Assembly (NCBI GenBank): GCA_963665295.1
Contig: OY762209.1
Span: 1,440,001 to 1,504,000, forward strand
Source of the DNA: Syntrophorhabdaceae bacterium
Lineage (GTDB): Bacteria > Desulfobacterota > Syntrophorhabdia > Syntrophorhabdales > Syntrophorhabdaceae
Length of the DNA: 64,000 nt
Direction of reading: 5' to 3'
Below, piece after piece: positions 8,995-18,935 of the stretch. The position numbers were made by a program, and so were the translations under genes. Positions within the stretch are counted from its first letter, which is position 1. Each line of letters begins with the position of its first letter. The notes under the pieces were generated by a model. That model saw only the letters and a list, made by a program, of their open reading frames with translations. It was not told the DNA's origin and searched no databases.

Positions 8995-10239
8995 ATGTCT
9001 TCGGGGGCAAAAACTAAGGCGGGAGTGGGGTTTTGCGACAGCAGCGACGCGCTCTTCGCAGGCACCCATGCGGCGCGGGAGGCCCTTCGATCAGGGGCCG
9101 TGACGCGGCCTGATTTCGTCTACGCCTTCTGTCACGGAAAACTGGACCACGAGGGGTTTTACGCAGGAGTGAGGCAGGTCGTCGGCCGGGACGCGCCCAT
9201 CGTGGGCGGCTCCGCGGTGGGTGTGGTGACCAATGACCGGCTTTGCTACGAGGGATTCCCTTCAGGGGTCGCCGTCATCGAGAGCGACCGGATCCTTCAC
9301 CGGGTCGCCGCTGCGGGGGACCTGGATAAGGGGGAGGAAGCATCGGGACTCAGTCTCGCCCGATCCCTTGCCGCAGGCCCGGGCGACCGGATGGCCCTTC
9401 TTTTTTTCGACTGGGTCCGGAGCGCCGCTACAGGCGACACGCCCCCGGTCCTCAATGCCTCGGCCCCTTTTCTTGCCGGTGTGGCGCAGGGGATGGACCC
9501 CGGAGTGCCGGTGGTCGGGGCAGGGCTCGTGGGGACCTACCAGATCGACAGGGGAAAACAGTTCTGCGGTTCCTACGTGGGTTCCCAGCAGGCGGTAGGC
9601 GTTGCCCTTTCGGGTGACTGCGCCGTTTACTCCAGAATCATGCACGGCTGTAGCCCCCTGGACGGGATTTACCGTACCATCACGAGGATGGAGGGCTCCT
9701 TTATCTATGAACTCGACGGCAGGCCGATCGTCGGCATCATGGACGACCTCTTCGGCAACAAGGAGTGGCGGTCCCGAAAGCCCGTCAATTACCTCACCCT
9801 GGGTGTCAATTACGGCGACAGGTACGGCGAACCCCGGGAGGCCAATTATGTGAACCGTCTCATGATCGGCGTGCTCCCTGATTCGAGCGGGGTGAGCCTG
9901 TTTGAGCCGGACTTTCATGAGGGCGTGGAGATTCAGTTCATGCTCCGGGACACGAAAAAGATGGTGGAGTCGGCGAGGGCCAACTCGCGGGAATTGATGG
10001 AGATCATAAGGGAAAGAGGGCAGAGGCCCGTCTTTGCCCTCTATATAGACTGCGCGGGCAGGACCATGGAATATTCGAGCTCCACCGAAGAGGAATCGGC
10101 TGAAGTGCAGCGCGTGTGCAACCGGTACGGCGTCCCCCTTCTGGGGTTCTATACAGGCGTCGAGATAGCCCCTCTGCTCGGCAGGAGCAGGGGACTCGAC
10201 TGGACGGGGGTGCTCGCGGTGGTGGCAGAGGATATGTAA
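8995..10239 (+). CDS. FIST N/C-domain sensor protein (NosP-like)
   Basis: IVGGSAVG, HGCSP, IYELDGRP, DCAGR, LGFYTGVEI motifs of FIST proteins. Confidence 0.9.
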   Translation: MSSGAKTKAGVGFCDSSDALFAGTHAAREALRSGAVTRPDFVYAFCHGKLDHEGFYAGVRQVVGRDAPIVGGSAVGVVTNDRLCYEGFPSGVAVIESDRILHRVAAAGDLDKGEEASGLSLARSLAAGPGDRMALLFFDWVRSAATGDTPPVLNASAPFLAGVAQGMDPGVPVVGAGLVGTYQIDRGKQFCGSYVGSQQAVGVALSGDCAVYSRIMHGCSPLDGIYRTITRMEGSFIYELDGRPIVGIMDDLFGNKEWRSRKPVNYLTLGVNYGDRYGEPREANYVNRLMIGVLPDSSGVSLFEPDFHEGVEIQFMLRDTKKMVESARANSRELMEIIRERGQRPVFALYIDCAGRTMEYSSSTEEESAEVQRVCNRYGVPLLGFYTGVEIAPLLGRSRGLDWTGVLAVVAEDM

Positions 10240-10240
10240 T

Positions 10241-11935
10241 ATGGGTGATCCGGCCATGGAACAGCAGGAGAAGATCGCCCTGCTGGAGAGGCTTCTCGAA
10301 GAGGAACGGTCCAAAAGTGCGTATTACAGGGCCATGTCGGAAGAGAGGGGAAAAACGGCCTTCCGCGAGATCGCCGACCTGTCGGAGGCCCTCCAGAAGT
10401 ACAGGCAGACCGAAAGGGCCCTGAGGGAATCGGAGGAGCGCTACCGCGTGGCCATCGAGGATTGCCACGATGGTGTGGCCATCATCAGGGACGGCCTCCA
10501 TGTCTATGTAAACCGGCGGCTCGTGGAGATGTTCGGGTATGAGGGCGCCGAAGACATTATCGGGAGTCCGTCCACGATCCTGGTCCATCCCGACGACAAG
10601 GACAAGGTTTTCAACTATATCGTGATGCGCCTGAGAGGTGAGGCCACGCCTTCGCGGTACGAGTTCAAAGGCGTCCGGCGGGACAACGCCGCGGTGTATG
10701 TCGAAGCGGCGGTGACCACCATAACGTACAAGGACGACATCGCGGTCCTTGTGTACCTCCGGGATATCGCGGACAGGAGGAGGCTGGAGGAGGAACTCCT
10801 GAAGGCGAGCAAGCTGGAGTCCCTGGGCACCCTCGCGGGCGGCATCGCCCATGATTTCAACAACATCATGACTGCCATCATGGGTAACATCTCCCTGGCG
10901 AAGATGAGCACCAAACCTGACAACCCGTCATACAGGCGCCTCGTGGGGGCCGAGCAGGCGGTGCACAGGGCGAAGGACCTGACCCAGCAGTTGCTTACCT
11001 TCTCAAAAGGCGGTACTCCCATAAAGAAGACCACGGGCATTACCCATATCCTTGAAGATTCCACCAACTTCACCCTTACGGGCTCGAATGTGCGGTGCTT
11101 CTTTTCCCTTCCCCGCGACCTTTGGAATGCAGACGTGGACGAGGGGCAGATGAGCCAGGTAGTCCAGAACCTGGTGATCAACGCGAAAGAGGCCATGCCC
11201 ATGGGAGGCACTATCGAAGTAAAGGCCGAAAATGTGACCATAGAGGATGAAGAAGGGTTCGCCGCCCTTGTCCCCGGGAGGGGCGCGTACCTGAAGGTAT
11301 CCATAAAGGACCATGGGATCGGGATACCGGAGGAATATATCGACAAGATCTTCGATCCTTTCTTCACGACCAAGAACAGGGGGAGCGGGCTGGGGCTTGC
11401 GACCTCCTATTCCATAATCAGGAAGCACGGGGGGTTCATCCAGGCAAAATCCCATCTCGGCATAGGGACCACCTTCACCGTCTACCTTCCGGCCACGCGA
11501 AAGAAGGTCTTTGTCGCGGGAGGGGACAAGCCGGGGGTGACCTCGGGTAAAGGAAAGATCCTCCTCATGGACGACGAGGAGATCGTGCGCGACACCATAG
11601 GCGAAATGCTTTCATACCTGGGCTACCGGACGGAATTTGCGAAAGACGGCGTGGAGGCCATCGACCTCTACGTGCATGCCCGGAAGAACAACGACCCCTT
11701 TGACATGGTGATCCTCGACCTGACCGTCCCGGGGGGCATGGGAGGGCAGGAGGCCATGGAGGAATTCCTTGTGTTGGACCCTCACATCAAGGCCATAGTG
11801 TCGAGCGGATACGCGAATAATCGGATCATGTCCGAGTTCGGGCGCTATGGTTTTGTCGATGTCATTTCAAAACCTTACAAACTCGAAGAATTGAGCGAAA
11901 CGGTTTCGAGGGTTATGGAAAAAATATCCCGGTAA
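10241..11935 (+). CDS. PAS hybrid histidine kinase with receiver domain
   Basis: GIAHDFNN H-box, N/G1/F/G2 boxes, C-terminal receiver (MDDE...LDLTVP...KP). Confidence 0.95.
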   Translation: MGDPAMEQQEKIALLERLLEEERSKSAYYRAMSEERGKTAFREIADLSEALQKYRQTERALRESEERYRVAIEDCHDGVAIIRDGLHVYVNRRLVEMFGYEGAEDIIGSPSTILVHPDDKDKVFNYIVMRLRGEATPSRYEFKGVRRDNAAVYVEAAVTTITYKDDIAVLVYLRDIADRRRLEEELLKASKLESLGTLAGGIAHDFNNIMTAIMGNISLAKMSTKPDNPSYRRLVGAEQAVHRAKDLTQQLLTFSKGGTPIKKTTGITHILEDSTNFTLTGSNVRCFFSLPRDLWNADVDEGQMSQVVQNLVINAKEAMPMGGTIEVKAENVTIEDEEGFAALVPGRGAYLKVSIKDHGIGIPEEYIDKIFDPFFTTKNRGSGLGLATSYSIIRKHGGFIQAKSHLGIGTTFTVYLPATRKKVFVAGGDKPGVTSGKGKILLMDDEEIVRDTIGEMLSYLGYRTEFAKDGVEAIDLYVHARKNNDPFDMVILDLTVPGGMGGQEAMEEFLVLDPHIKAIVSSGYANNRIMSEFGRYGFVDVISKPYKLEELSETVSRVMEKISR

Positions 11936-11944
11936 AATTTCTGC

Positions 11945-11973
11945 TTGACATAGTTGGAAGCCATATATAGTAT
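11945..11973 (+). promoter_or_regulatory. sigma70 promoter of the nrdD operon
   Basis: TTGACA (11945-11950), 17-bp spacer, TAGTAT (11968-11973). Confidence 0.8.
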
Positions 11974-12004
11974 ACATGTCAGGTAACATCACTAAATATA
12001 GGGG
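11958..12004. promoter_or_regulatory. Tandem NrdR boxes
   Basis: aagCcATATATAGtat (11958-11973) and tcaCTAaATATAGggg (11989-12004) match acaCwAtATaTwGtgt, start 31 bp apart and lie directly upstream of nrdD. Confidence 0.85.
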
Positions 12005-12010
12005 GCATTG

Positions 12011-14095
12011 ATGGAGACTACTGACTTAAACCTTTTTGTCCGGACGTCGGAAGAGTCCATTTCGGATTGGGATAGAACCAAGATAGTGGACGCCCTCATC
12101 AGGGAGACACTGATCGACCACGACACTGCGAACGAAATAAGTAAAGATGTGGAGCGGATGGTCAGAAAATCGGGCATAAAGGTGGTAACTGCGCCCCTCA
12201 TCAGGGAAATCGTGAACGCCAAGCTCATTGAGAAAGGGCTTGAAGCCCCACGTAAGATGCATACAAGGCTCGGTATGCCGGTATATGACGTGGACAACCT
12301 CATCCTCCATCCCAACAAGGAGAATGCAAACGTGCCCCACGGTCCCGAGGCGACCAACCTGACCCTTGCGGAGAGGATAAAGAAGGAGTACGCCCTTCTT
12401 TCCGTGTTTTCTCCGGATGTGGCGGATGCCCACATGAACGGGGACATCCACCTCCACGACCTCGGCTTCATCGACAGGCCCTATTGCAGCGGCCAGTCCC
12501 TGGAGTATATCAAGAAGTTCGGACTCGACCTTCCCCATTCGCTCTCCATGGCGAAGCCGGCGAAACAGCCTGAAGTGCTTCTTGCCCACCTCATCAAGTT
12601 CGCCGCCGCCCTGCAGAGCAACTTCGCGGGTGCCATAGGATGGGATGCGGTCAACATATTTTTCGCCCCCTACATCGAGGGGATGGCCGACGAAGACGTG
12701 AAACAGCTTGCCCAGATGCTCATATTCGAGTTTTCCCAGCAGGCGGTTGCGAGGGGCGGTCAGGCGATATTCTCCGATATCAATATCTACTGGGAAGTAC
12801 CCAAACACTTCGTGGATGTCCCGGCCATCGGCCCCGGCGGCAAGTTCACCGGCAAGACCTACGGTGAGTACGAGAAAGAGGGGCAGAGATTTGCGTGGAA
12901 GCTCTTCGAGGTTTTCAAGGAAGGCGACGGCGCGGGAAGGCCTTTTTTCTTCCCCAAACCGATCGTGCATATTACGGAGAAGTTTTTCCGCACGCCGGAC
13001 CACATGGATTTTCTCTACCACATCTGTGATGTGGCAGCGGACAAGGGGAACACCTATTACGTATTCGACAGGGGCGACACGGCCAAGATATCGGAGTGCT
13101 GCCGCCTGAGTTTCAAGCTTGAGGAACATGACCTTCTCGATGCAAAGGAACCGTGGAGGATGCGGTATTGCGCCCTCCAGAACGTGTCGGTGAACCTTCC
13201 GAGAATTGCGTACCTGGCGCAGAATGACGATACCAAGCTGTTCAATCTCCTCACGGAGCGGTTCGTCCTTGCTGTCCGGGCCCACAAGGAAAAGAGGGTC
13301 TTCCTGGAAAGGCTCCTCTCTCTCGGCGAAGACGGCCCCCTTTCCCTGCTCACCATGAACAGGGACGGCGCGCCTTACCTCAGGTTCAACCTCGCCTCAC
13401 ACCTCATCGGCATGGTGGGCCTCAACGAGATGGTCCAGGTCCACACGGGCGAGGAACTTCATGAGTCCAAGAAAGCCCTGAAATTCGGGCTCAAGGTAAT
13501 AGCCCACATGAACCTCCTCGCCGATAAGATGAAAAGGCAGGAAGGCATGAGGATCCTCCTCGAACAGACCCCGGCGGAGAGCACGAGCTACAGGTTTGCG
13601 CGGCTCGACCTCAGGTACTTTTCTCCTGCCTCGGGAAGGGTGGTAAAAGGCGATATCGCGACAGGCGAGGTTTACTACACCAACTCCACCCATGTAAACG
13701 TGAAGGTCCCCATGAACCCCATAGAGAGGGTCACGAGCGAAGGCATATTCCATCCCCTCATAGAGGCAGGGTCTATTTCCCACGTGTGGCTGGGCGAATC
13801 ACAGCCGTCGAAGGAGGCCATAGCCGACTTTGTCATAAAGACTTTTAAATTTACCACCAATGATCAGATCGCTTTCTCCCCGGAGTTTACTACATGCAAC
13901 AAATGCCACAGGACGGGAAGGGGCCTTCAGGACACATGCTCCTACTGCGGTTCCACCGATGTTGACGGCATAACGAGGATTACAGGGTATTTTACGAAGG
14001 TGTCGAGTTGGAACAAAGGGAAGCTCGGCGAGTTGAAGGACAGGCACCGGAATGTCGAGTTCTTCTCAGGCGACGTGGCAGCAGTAAACGAGTAG
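12011..14095 (+). CDS. nrdD: Anaerobic (class III) ribonucleoside-triphosphate reductase with ATP-cone
   Basis: N-terminal ATP-cone, GDIHLHDL, SECCRL finger loop, TPAES, YYTNS, Zn ribbon CNKC/CSYC, RITGY glycyl motif. Confidence 0.97.
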   Translation: METTDLNLFVRTSEESISDWDRTKIVDALIRETLIDHDTANEISKDVERMVRKSGIKVVTAPLIREIVNAKLIEKGLEAPRKMHTRLGMPVYDVDNLILHPNKENANVPHGPEATNLTLAERIKKEYALLSVFSPDVADAHMNGDIHLHDLGFIDRPYCSGQSLEYIKKFGLDLPHSLSMAKPAKQPEVLLAHLIKFAAALQSNFAGAIGWDAVNIFFAPYIEGMADEDVKQLAQMLIFEFSQQAVARGGQAIFSDINIYWEVPKHFVDVPAIGPGGKFTGKTYGEYEKEGQRFAWKLFEVFKEGDGAGRPFFFPKPIVHITEKFFRTPDHMDFLYHICDVAADKGNTYYVFDRGDTAKISECCRLSFKLEEHDLLDAKEPWRMRYCALQNVSVNLPRIAYLAQNDDTKLFNLLTERFVLAVRAHKEKRVFLERLLSLGEDGPLSLLTMNRDGAPYLRFNLASHLIGMVGLNEMVQVHTGEELHESKKALKFGLKVIAHMNLLADKMKRQEGMRILLEQTPAESTSYRFARLDLRYFSPASGRVVKGDIATGEVYYTNSTHVNVKVPMNPIERVTSEGIFHPLIEAGSISHVWLGESQPSKEAIADFVIKTFKFTTNDQIAFSPEFTTCNKCHRTGRGLQDTCSYCGSTDVDGITRITGYFTKVSSWNKGKLGELKDRHRNVEFFSGDVAAVNE

Positions 14096-14138
14096 GGAAG
14101 CAGTTCATAATTTACTCAAGAGAGGAGGATTACACGAT

Positions 14139-14399
14139 ATGAGCGTAGTGAAGATATTTTATAAAGACGATTGCCCCATGTGTCCTATGGCGAAGCAGCT
14201 TGGAGAAACCCTCAAGGAAAAGAATATCGGTGTTGTCTCATATAATACGGGAACCGCGGAAGGGCTGGCGGAGGCCACATATTACCGCGTCATGGCCCTC
14301 CCCACCGTGGTGGTGGAGGACGAAATGGAGAACGAAATCGGCGAGTGGAGAGGGAAAGTGCCGAAGCTGGAGGAGGTTTTGAACACGTTCCATGGTTGA
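14139..14399 (+). CDS. Small thioredoxin/glutaredoxin-like redoxin (NrdH-like)
   Basis: 86 aa, CPMC active site, LPT cis-Pro motif, lies between nrdD and nrdG. Confidence 0.85.
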   Translation: MSVVKIFYKDDCPMCPMAKQLGETLKEKNIGVVSYNTGTAEGLAEATYYRVMALPTVVVEDEMENEIGEWRGKVPKLEEVLNTFHG

Positions 14400-15117
14400 T
14401 GCCCCTCCCATCAAAGGTTTCATCGAAACCAGTTTCATTGACTGGAAAGGGAAGCTCTCGTCGGTGATTTTTACCGGGGGGTGCAATTTCAGGTGCCCCT
14501 ACTGTCATAACAGCGGTCTTGTCCTGGACCCGGGGCAGTTCCCGGACGTACCCATGGACCACCTGTTCCTCACCCTGAAGAAGTACAGGAACTGGGTGGA
14601 CAGGATCGTGATCACCGGTGGAGAACCCACCATCCATAGCGGGCTTCTTCCTTTCGTGCGCCGGCTGAAGGACGCGGGCATGGAGATCAAGCTCGATACC
14701 AACGGCTCGAACCCGTCTGCGGTGAGAGATATCGTAAAGGAGGGGCTCGTCGATTACATCGCCATGGACATGAAGGGCCCCGTGGGAGAGTACAGGAGAT
14801 GGTGCGGCGTGGAAGTGAGCGCCGCCGACATAGAGGAAAGCATCGATTTCATCCTGGAGGGGAACGTGGACTACGAGTTCAGGATGACGGTGGTCCCCTT
14901 CCTTCACAGGGAGGAAGACGTGTATCGCGCGGCGGAAAGGGTGAGGGCCGCGAAGAGGTTTTTCATCCAGGAGTTCAAGCCCACCGGGACGCTTAATCCC
15001 GCGTTCTCCCAGATAAAGCCGTTTTCCCCGGGCAAGACTGCCCGGATAAAGGAAAATGTCGCCCAAATCCTGCGGTCGGCAGGCCCCGCACCGGAGCTTG
15101 AGAACTCAAAAGGGTAG
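14392..15117 (+). CDS. nrdG: Class III RNR activating enzyme (radical SAM)
   Basis: GCNFRCPYCHN, TGGEPT, KLDTNG; in the nrdD operon. Confidence 0.93.
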   Translation: MVDAPPIKGFIETSFIDWKGKLSSVIFTGGCNFRCPYCHNSGLVLDPGQFPDVPMDHLFLTLKKYRNWVDRIVITGGEPTIHSGLLPFVRRLKDAGMEIKLDTNGSNPSAVRDIVKEGLVDYIAMDMKGPVGEYRRWCGVEVSAADIEESIDFILEGNVDYEFRMTVVPFLHREEDVYRAAERVRAAKRFFIQEFKPTGTLNPAFSQIKPFSPGKTARIKENVAQILRSAGPAPELENSKG

Positions 15118-15148
15118 GCAAGAGGCGTTGCCCCGGAGGCCGAAGGGC

Positions 15149-15586
15149 CTATTTTCTGCCGATCTGCTCGTGGAGTTGAGCGATCTCGGTCCCCTGTTCC
15201 TTGATAATGGCTTTGACCACATCCCCGATGGAGACGAGACCCACCAGCTTACCCTTGTCAAAGACCGGCAGGTGCCTGAAACGTTTTTCCGTCATGAGTG
15301 AAATGCATTCATCGACCGTTGTGGAGGGGAATACGACGTAGAGGTCCTTTACCATGATGTCCCCGGGGAAGGTTTCCTTTGAGGACCGCCCTTTGAGTAT
15401 TACCTTCCGCGCGTAATCCCGTTCCGATATGATCCCTGCCACGCCGCCTTCTTCGTCCAGGACGACCACCGCTCCTATGCCCTTTTCATGCATCAACCGG
15501 AGTGCGTCGTACATGGAGGTATCATATGAAACGGCCCAGACCTCGTTCCCTTTGAGCTGCAAGATTTCGCCTACCGTGGTCTTCAT
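15149..15586 (-). CDS. Tandem CBS-domain protein
   Basis: GIISERDYARKV and RHLPV...GLVSIGDVVK CBS pair. Confidence 0.93.
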   Translation of the reverse strand: MKTTVGEILQLKGNEVWAVSYDTSMYDALRLMHEKGIGAVVVLDEEGGVAGIISERDYARKVILKGRSSKETFPGDIMVKDLYVVFPSTTVDECISLMTEKRFRHLPVFDKGKLVGLVSIGDVVKAIIKEQGTEIAQLHEQIGRK

Positions 15587-15706
15587 AGCTGCCTCCTCGG
15601 GTGGGACTATATATAAACAGTATAGCAGATAATATCCCCTGCGAGGCCGGGGCGTGGATGGGGCGGAGGATGGGCATCCGTTTCTGGGGTGAGGGCGGGG
15701 AAAGGC

Positions 15707-17218
15707 CTATTCGAGAAAGCTCTCCAGCCTTTTTCTCCGTGAGGGGTGTTTCAGTTTTCTCAAGGCCTTGGCTTCTATCTGCCTGATCCTTTCCCTTGTG
15801 AGGCCGAAGACTTCTCCCACCTCCTCCAGGGTGTAGTCCGTTTTTTCTCCTATGCCGAGCCTCATCCTGATGACCTTCTCTTCCCTCGGGGTGAGGGTCG
15901 AGAGGACCTTGTAAATCTCTTCCTTGAGGGAGATGCCCACCAGTTCGGTAAAGGGGGAGGGTGACTTCGGGTCCGCGATGAAATCGCCCAGTTTCGACTC
16001 ATCGTCGCCTATAGGCGTTTCAATGGAGATAGGTTCGTTGGAGACCTTCATGATCTTCCGCACCTTTTCGAGGGGCAATCCCGCCTTCGAGGATATTTCC
16101 TCGAGGTTGGGCTCTCTCCCCAGTTCCTGGAAGAGGGAGATGGTGACCTTGGTAATCTTGTTCATGGTTTCGAGGACGTGGACGGGCACCCTGATGGTAC
16201 GGGCGTAGTCCGCAATGGCCCTGGTGATGGCTTGGCGTATCCACCACGTGGAATAGGTGGAAAATTTGTAGCCCTTCTGGTAATCGTACTTTTCCGCCGC
16301 CTTCATGAGGCCCATGTTTCCTTCCTGGATCAGGTCGAGGAAGGACAATCCCCTGTTCAGGTACTTCTTCGCGATATTGATGACGAGCCTGAGGTTTGCC
16401 TGGATAAGGCGGTTTTTCACCACTTTCAGGCTGTTTTCTATCTCGCTTATCTCTGCGAAGGTCTTTCGCACGGAGTTTCCCTCACGTTCGTCCATAAACT
16501 TGAGCTGCTTGGCAGTCTTCCGGACGATCTCCTCGAGGACTTTCTTGTTGAGGCTGAGGTTGGCGAGGGATTCCTCTATCTTGGTGTCAATGGCTTTTAC
16601 CTTCTTCTCCGACTGCCTCTTTGCCAGTTCGTCCATCCCCGGCAGAAGGGAGAAGAGCTCTTCTTTCTTATCGAATTGAGACTTTATGGTACTTATGAGA
16701 AAGAGGGTCCTTTTCTTGTATTTCTCCTCATCCTTTTTCGTGTAGTTCATCTCGTCGATATTCTTGATTACATCGACAATCGCCACGGTCTCTTTCTTGA
16801 GGAGGGAGGACAGTTCCTGGAGTTCGCGGATAGCCTGGGGGAGGCCGAAGAGGAGGTTCCTTATCTTCCTCTCACCTTCCTCTATCTTCTTCGCTATGAG
16901 GTATTCTTCCTCGGACGTGAGGAGAGAAACGCGACCGATGTCCTTCAGATAAGCCCAGATGATGTTATCCGTTCTCTCGGAGGGGAACCGCTCGATCTCG
17001 CCCCATTCCGGAGTCTCCTCGGGGGTTTCTATCTTTTCCTTTATGGTTTCGACTATGTCGATATTCGATTCCGTAAGATAGTCGAATATGTCTTCAATGT
17101 CTTCAGGTGAAAAGATGTTCTGAGGAAGGTAATCATTTATTTCATCAGGAGTAAGGTAGCCCTTCTCCATGCCCATATCTACAAGATGTTTAATTTCAGT
17201 ATAATTTTTTATACTCAT
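15707..17218 (-). CDS. rpoD: RNA polymerase sigma factor RpoD (sigma70, group 1-like)
   Basis: Region 1.1 (KGYLT), [55 protein letters not shown]. Confidence 0.93.
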   Translation of the reverse strand: MSIKNYTEIKHLVDMGMEKGYLTPDEINDYLPQNIFSPEDIEDIFDYLTESNIDIVETIKEKIETPEETPEWGEIERFPSERTDNIIWAYLKDIGRVSLLTSEEEYLIAKKIEEGERKIRNLLFGLPQAIRELQELSSLLKKETVAIVDVIKNIDEMNYTKKDEEKYKKRTLFLISTIKSQFDKKEELFSLLPGMDELAKRQSEKKVKAIDTKIEESLANLSLNKKVLEEIVRKTAKQLKFMDEREGNSVRKTFAEISEIENSLKVVKNRLIQANLRLVINIAKKYLNRGLSFLDLIQEGNMGLMKAAEKYDYQKGYKFSTYSTWWIRQAITRAIADYARTIRVPVHVLETMNKITKVTISLFQELGREPNLEEISSKAGLPLEKVRKIMKVSNEPISIETPIGDDESKLGDFIADPKSPSPFTELVGISLKEEIYKVLSTLTPREEKVIRMRLGIGEKTDYTLEEVGEVFGLTRERIRQIEAKALRKLKHPSRRKRLESFLE

Positions 17219-17504
17219 TCTTTCATCTCCAAAATATAGAAATGCCCTCTGTAACTCGCAGTGAGAGCAGGACTCATAATTATGTTATCCTAAATCTTGA
17301 GTGATTGTAATACCTTCCTTTTGCCGCGTCAATAGCCCTCAGCCGCTTTCTTGAAGATTTTCCTGCGGTCGGTGAAGAAAAAACCATATATATTATAGTT
17401 TAACCAGACTTGACGTACAAAGTCAACACCCCACCCCGGTCCCGTTTCCGCCATCAAAGCAGGATTCGCGGGTTTGGTTGGTAACTCCCCGAAATGGAAT
17501 ACAG

Positions 17505-17533
17505 TTGACTCGCGTGAGAATAACATATATAAA
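17505..17533 (+). promoter_or_regulatory. Putative sigma70 promoter for the usp gene
   Basis: TTGACT-N17-TATAAA, followed by an AGGAGG RBS. Confidence 0.55.
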
Positions 17534-17563
17534 CAATCAAAGCCATAAAAAAGGAGGGAGCCT

Positions 17564-18019
17564 ATGTTCAAAAAGATACTTTACCCCGTAGATTTTTCCG
17601 ATTATGCGGAAGAGATTCTCGATTACGCCGTGGCGATCGCGACCCGGTTCGAAGCCGAACTCCACCTGATCCACGTAATCCCGAACCTCAACTACTTCAC
17701 CCCCTACGAATCCTTCCTTACCCCTGAGAACATGGTGGCCATTGAGCGTAACATCGAAGGCGAGGTGGAGAGGGACTTCGACAAACTGACGAAGAAGCTC
17801 GCCATGCCCGTGGTAAAGGTGGTGAAAACCGGGGTTACCTTTGTGGAGATAATCGACTATATCAAAGAAGCGGGCATTGACCTTGTGGTCATGGGAACCC
17901 ACGGAAGAAGCGGCATCGAGCACATTCTTATAGGAAGCGTCGCTGAAAAAGTCGTGCGAAAGGCCCCTTGCCCCGTACTCACCGTAAGGCCGAAAAGCCA
18001 CAAGTTTTCCATGCCCTGA
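17564..18019 (+). CDS. Universal stress protein (UspA family)
   Basis: KKILYPVDFS...DLVVMGTHGRSG...GSVAEKVVRKAPCPVLTV. Confidence 0.95.
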   Translation: MFKKILYPVDFSDYAEEILDYAVAIATRFEAELHLIHVIPNLNYFTPYESFLTPENMVAIERNIEGEVERDFDKLTKKLAMPVVKVVKTGVTFVEIIDYIKEAGIDLVVMGTHGRSGIEHILIGSVAEKVVRKAPCPVLTVRPKSHKFSMP

Positions 18020-18052
18020 GCGATAATCACCGGGAACCCGGGGAGGGAGGGA

Positions 18053-18508
18053 TTATATCCCTACTCCCTTTTCCCGCGCCTCTTCACATATATCGTTGAG
18101 GGTGACCGAATTGAAATAATCCATAAGCCTCTTTGAGGCTTCACCCCACACATCCGAAAATACGCACTTTCCATACCGGTCGCACGCCTTCTTGGCGGTT
18201 CGCCTGTCTCCTGAACAGAACACGAGCTGAATACTCTTCCCGTCCACTGCCCTTATGACGTCCCCCACAGTGATCTCTTCAGGCCTTCTCGTGAGGTAGT
18301 ATCCTCCTGTGGGTCCGCGTATGCTCCGTATGATCCCCGCCTTCTTCAGTTTCTGGAATATCTGTTCGATATACCTGGGCGACAGGCCCTGCCTTTCCGA
18401 GATGCACCTCACCTGGGCCGGGCTTCCTGCCGAGTTATACGCGATATCACAAAGCGACCTTAGCCCGTACTGAATTTGCGTGGAAATCTTCACATTACGC
18501 CTCTTCAC
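18053..18508 (-). CDS. Rrf2-family regulator with three Cys (likely Fe-S binding)
   Basis: YIEQIFQKLKKAGII.SIRGPTGGYYL; C-terminal C...C...C; start could be the GTG at 18493. Confidence 0.92.
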   Translation of the reverse strand: MKRRNVKISTQIQYGLRSLCDIAYNSAGSPAQVRCISERQGLSPRYIEQIFQKLKKAGIIRSIRGPTGGYYLTRRPEEITVGDVIRAVDGKSIQLVFCSGDRRTAKKACDRYGKCVFSDVWGEASKRLMDYFNSVTLNDICEEAREKGVGI

Positions 18509-18935
18509 TAAGAATTTTGCTTACCCACGCGTCCCTGAAACAATTTAGGGCAGCGACCAAGAAAAAGACCAATTACGCTTAATCGTTCGCCGGGGACCCA
18601 TGGCGGCGCCCTTGTTCCGGCAACCTGCCTTTACCCCTGTCATGTTTTTACCGATGATGCCGGTGTAATACCACCTGTCCCAATGCCCCTTATCGGCCTT
18701 CCGGTGAAAGGGCTTTAGATCCAGACCCTGACAACCCCCGGCCTTCCGCGCCTTGCCGATGCCGTCACTATGACTGATCAGATTTATAACATAAATTGTC
18801 AAGTTCAAAAACAATTTTTTTTAAAAAGCCCACCCGATCGCGGCCATGGCCTGCCGGAAACGGCATTTTAATTTCCGGGATGACGAGTTCTATTGAAAAA
18901 CGACCCACATATATATTAACATGAGGTGGTATTGT

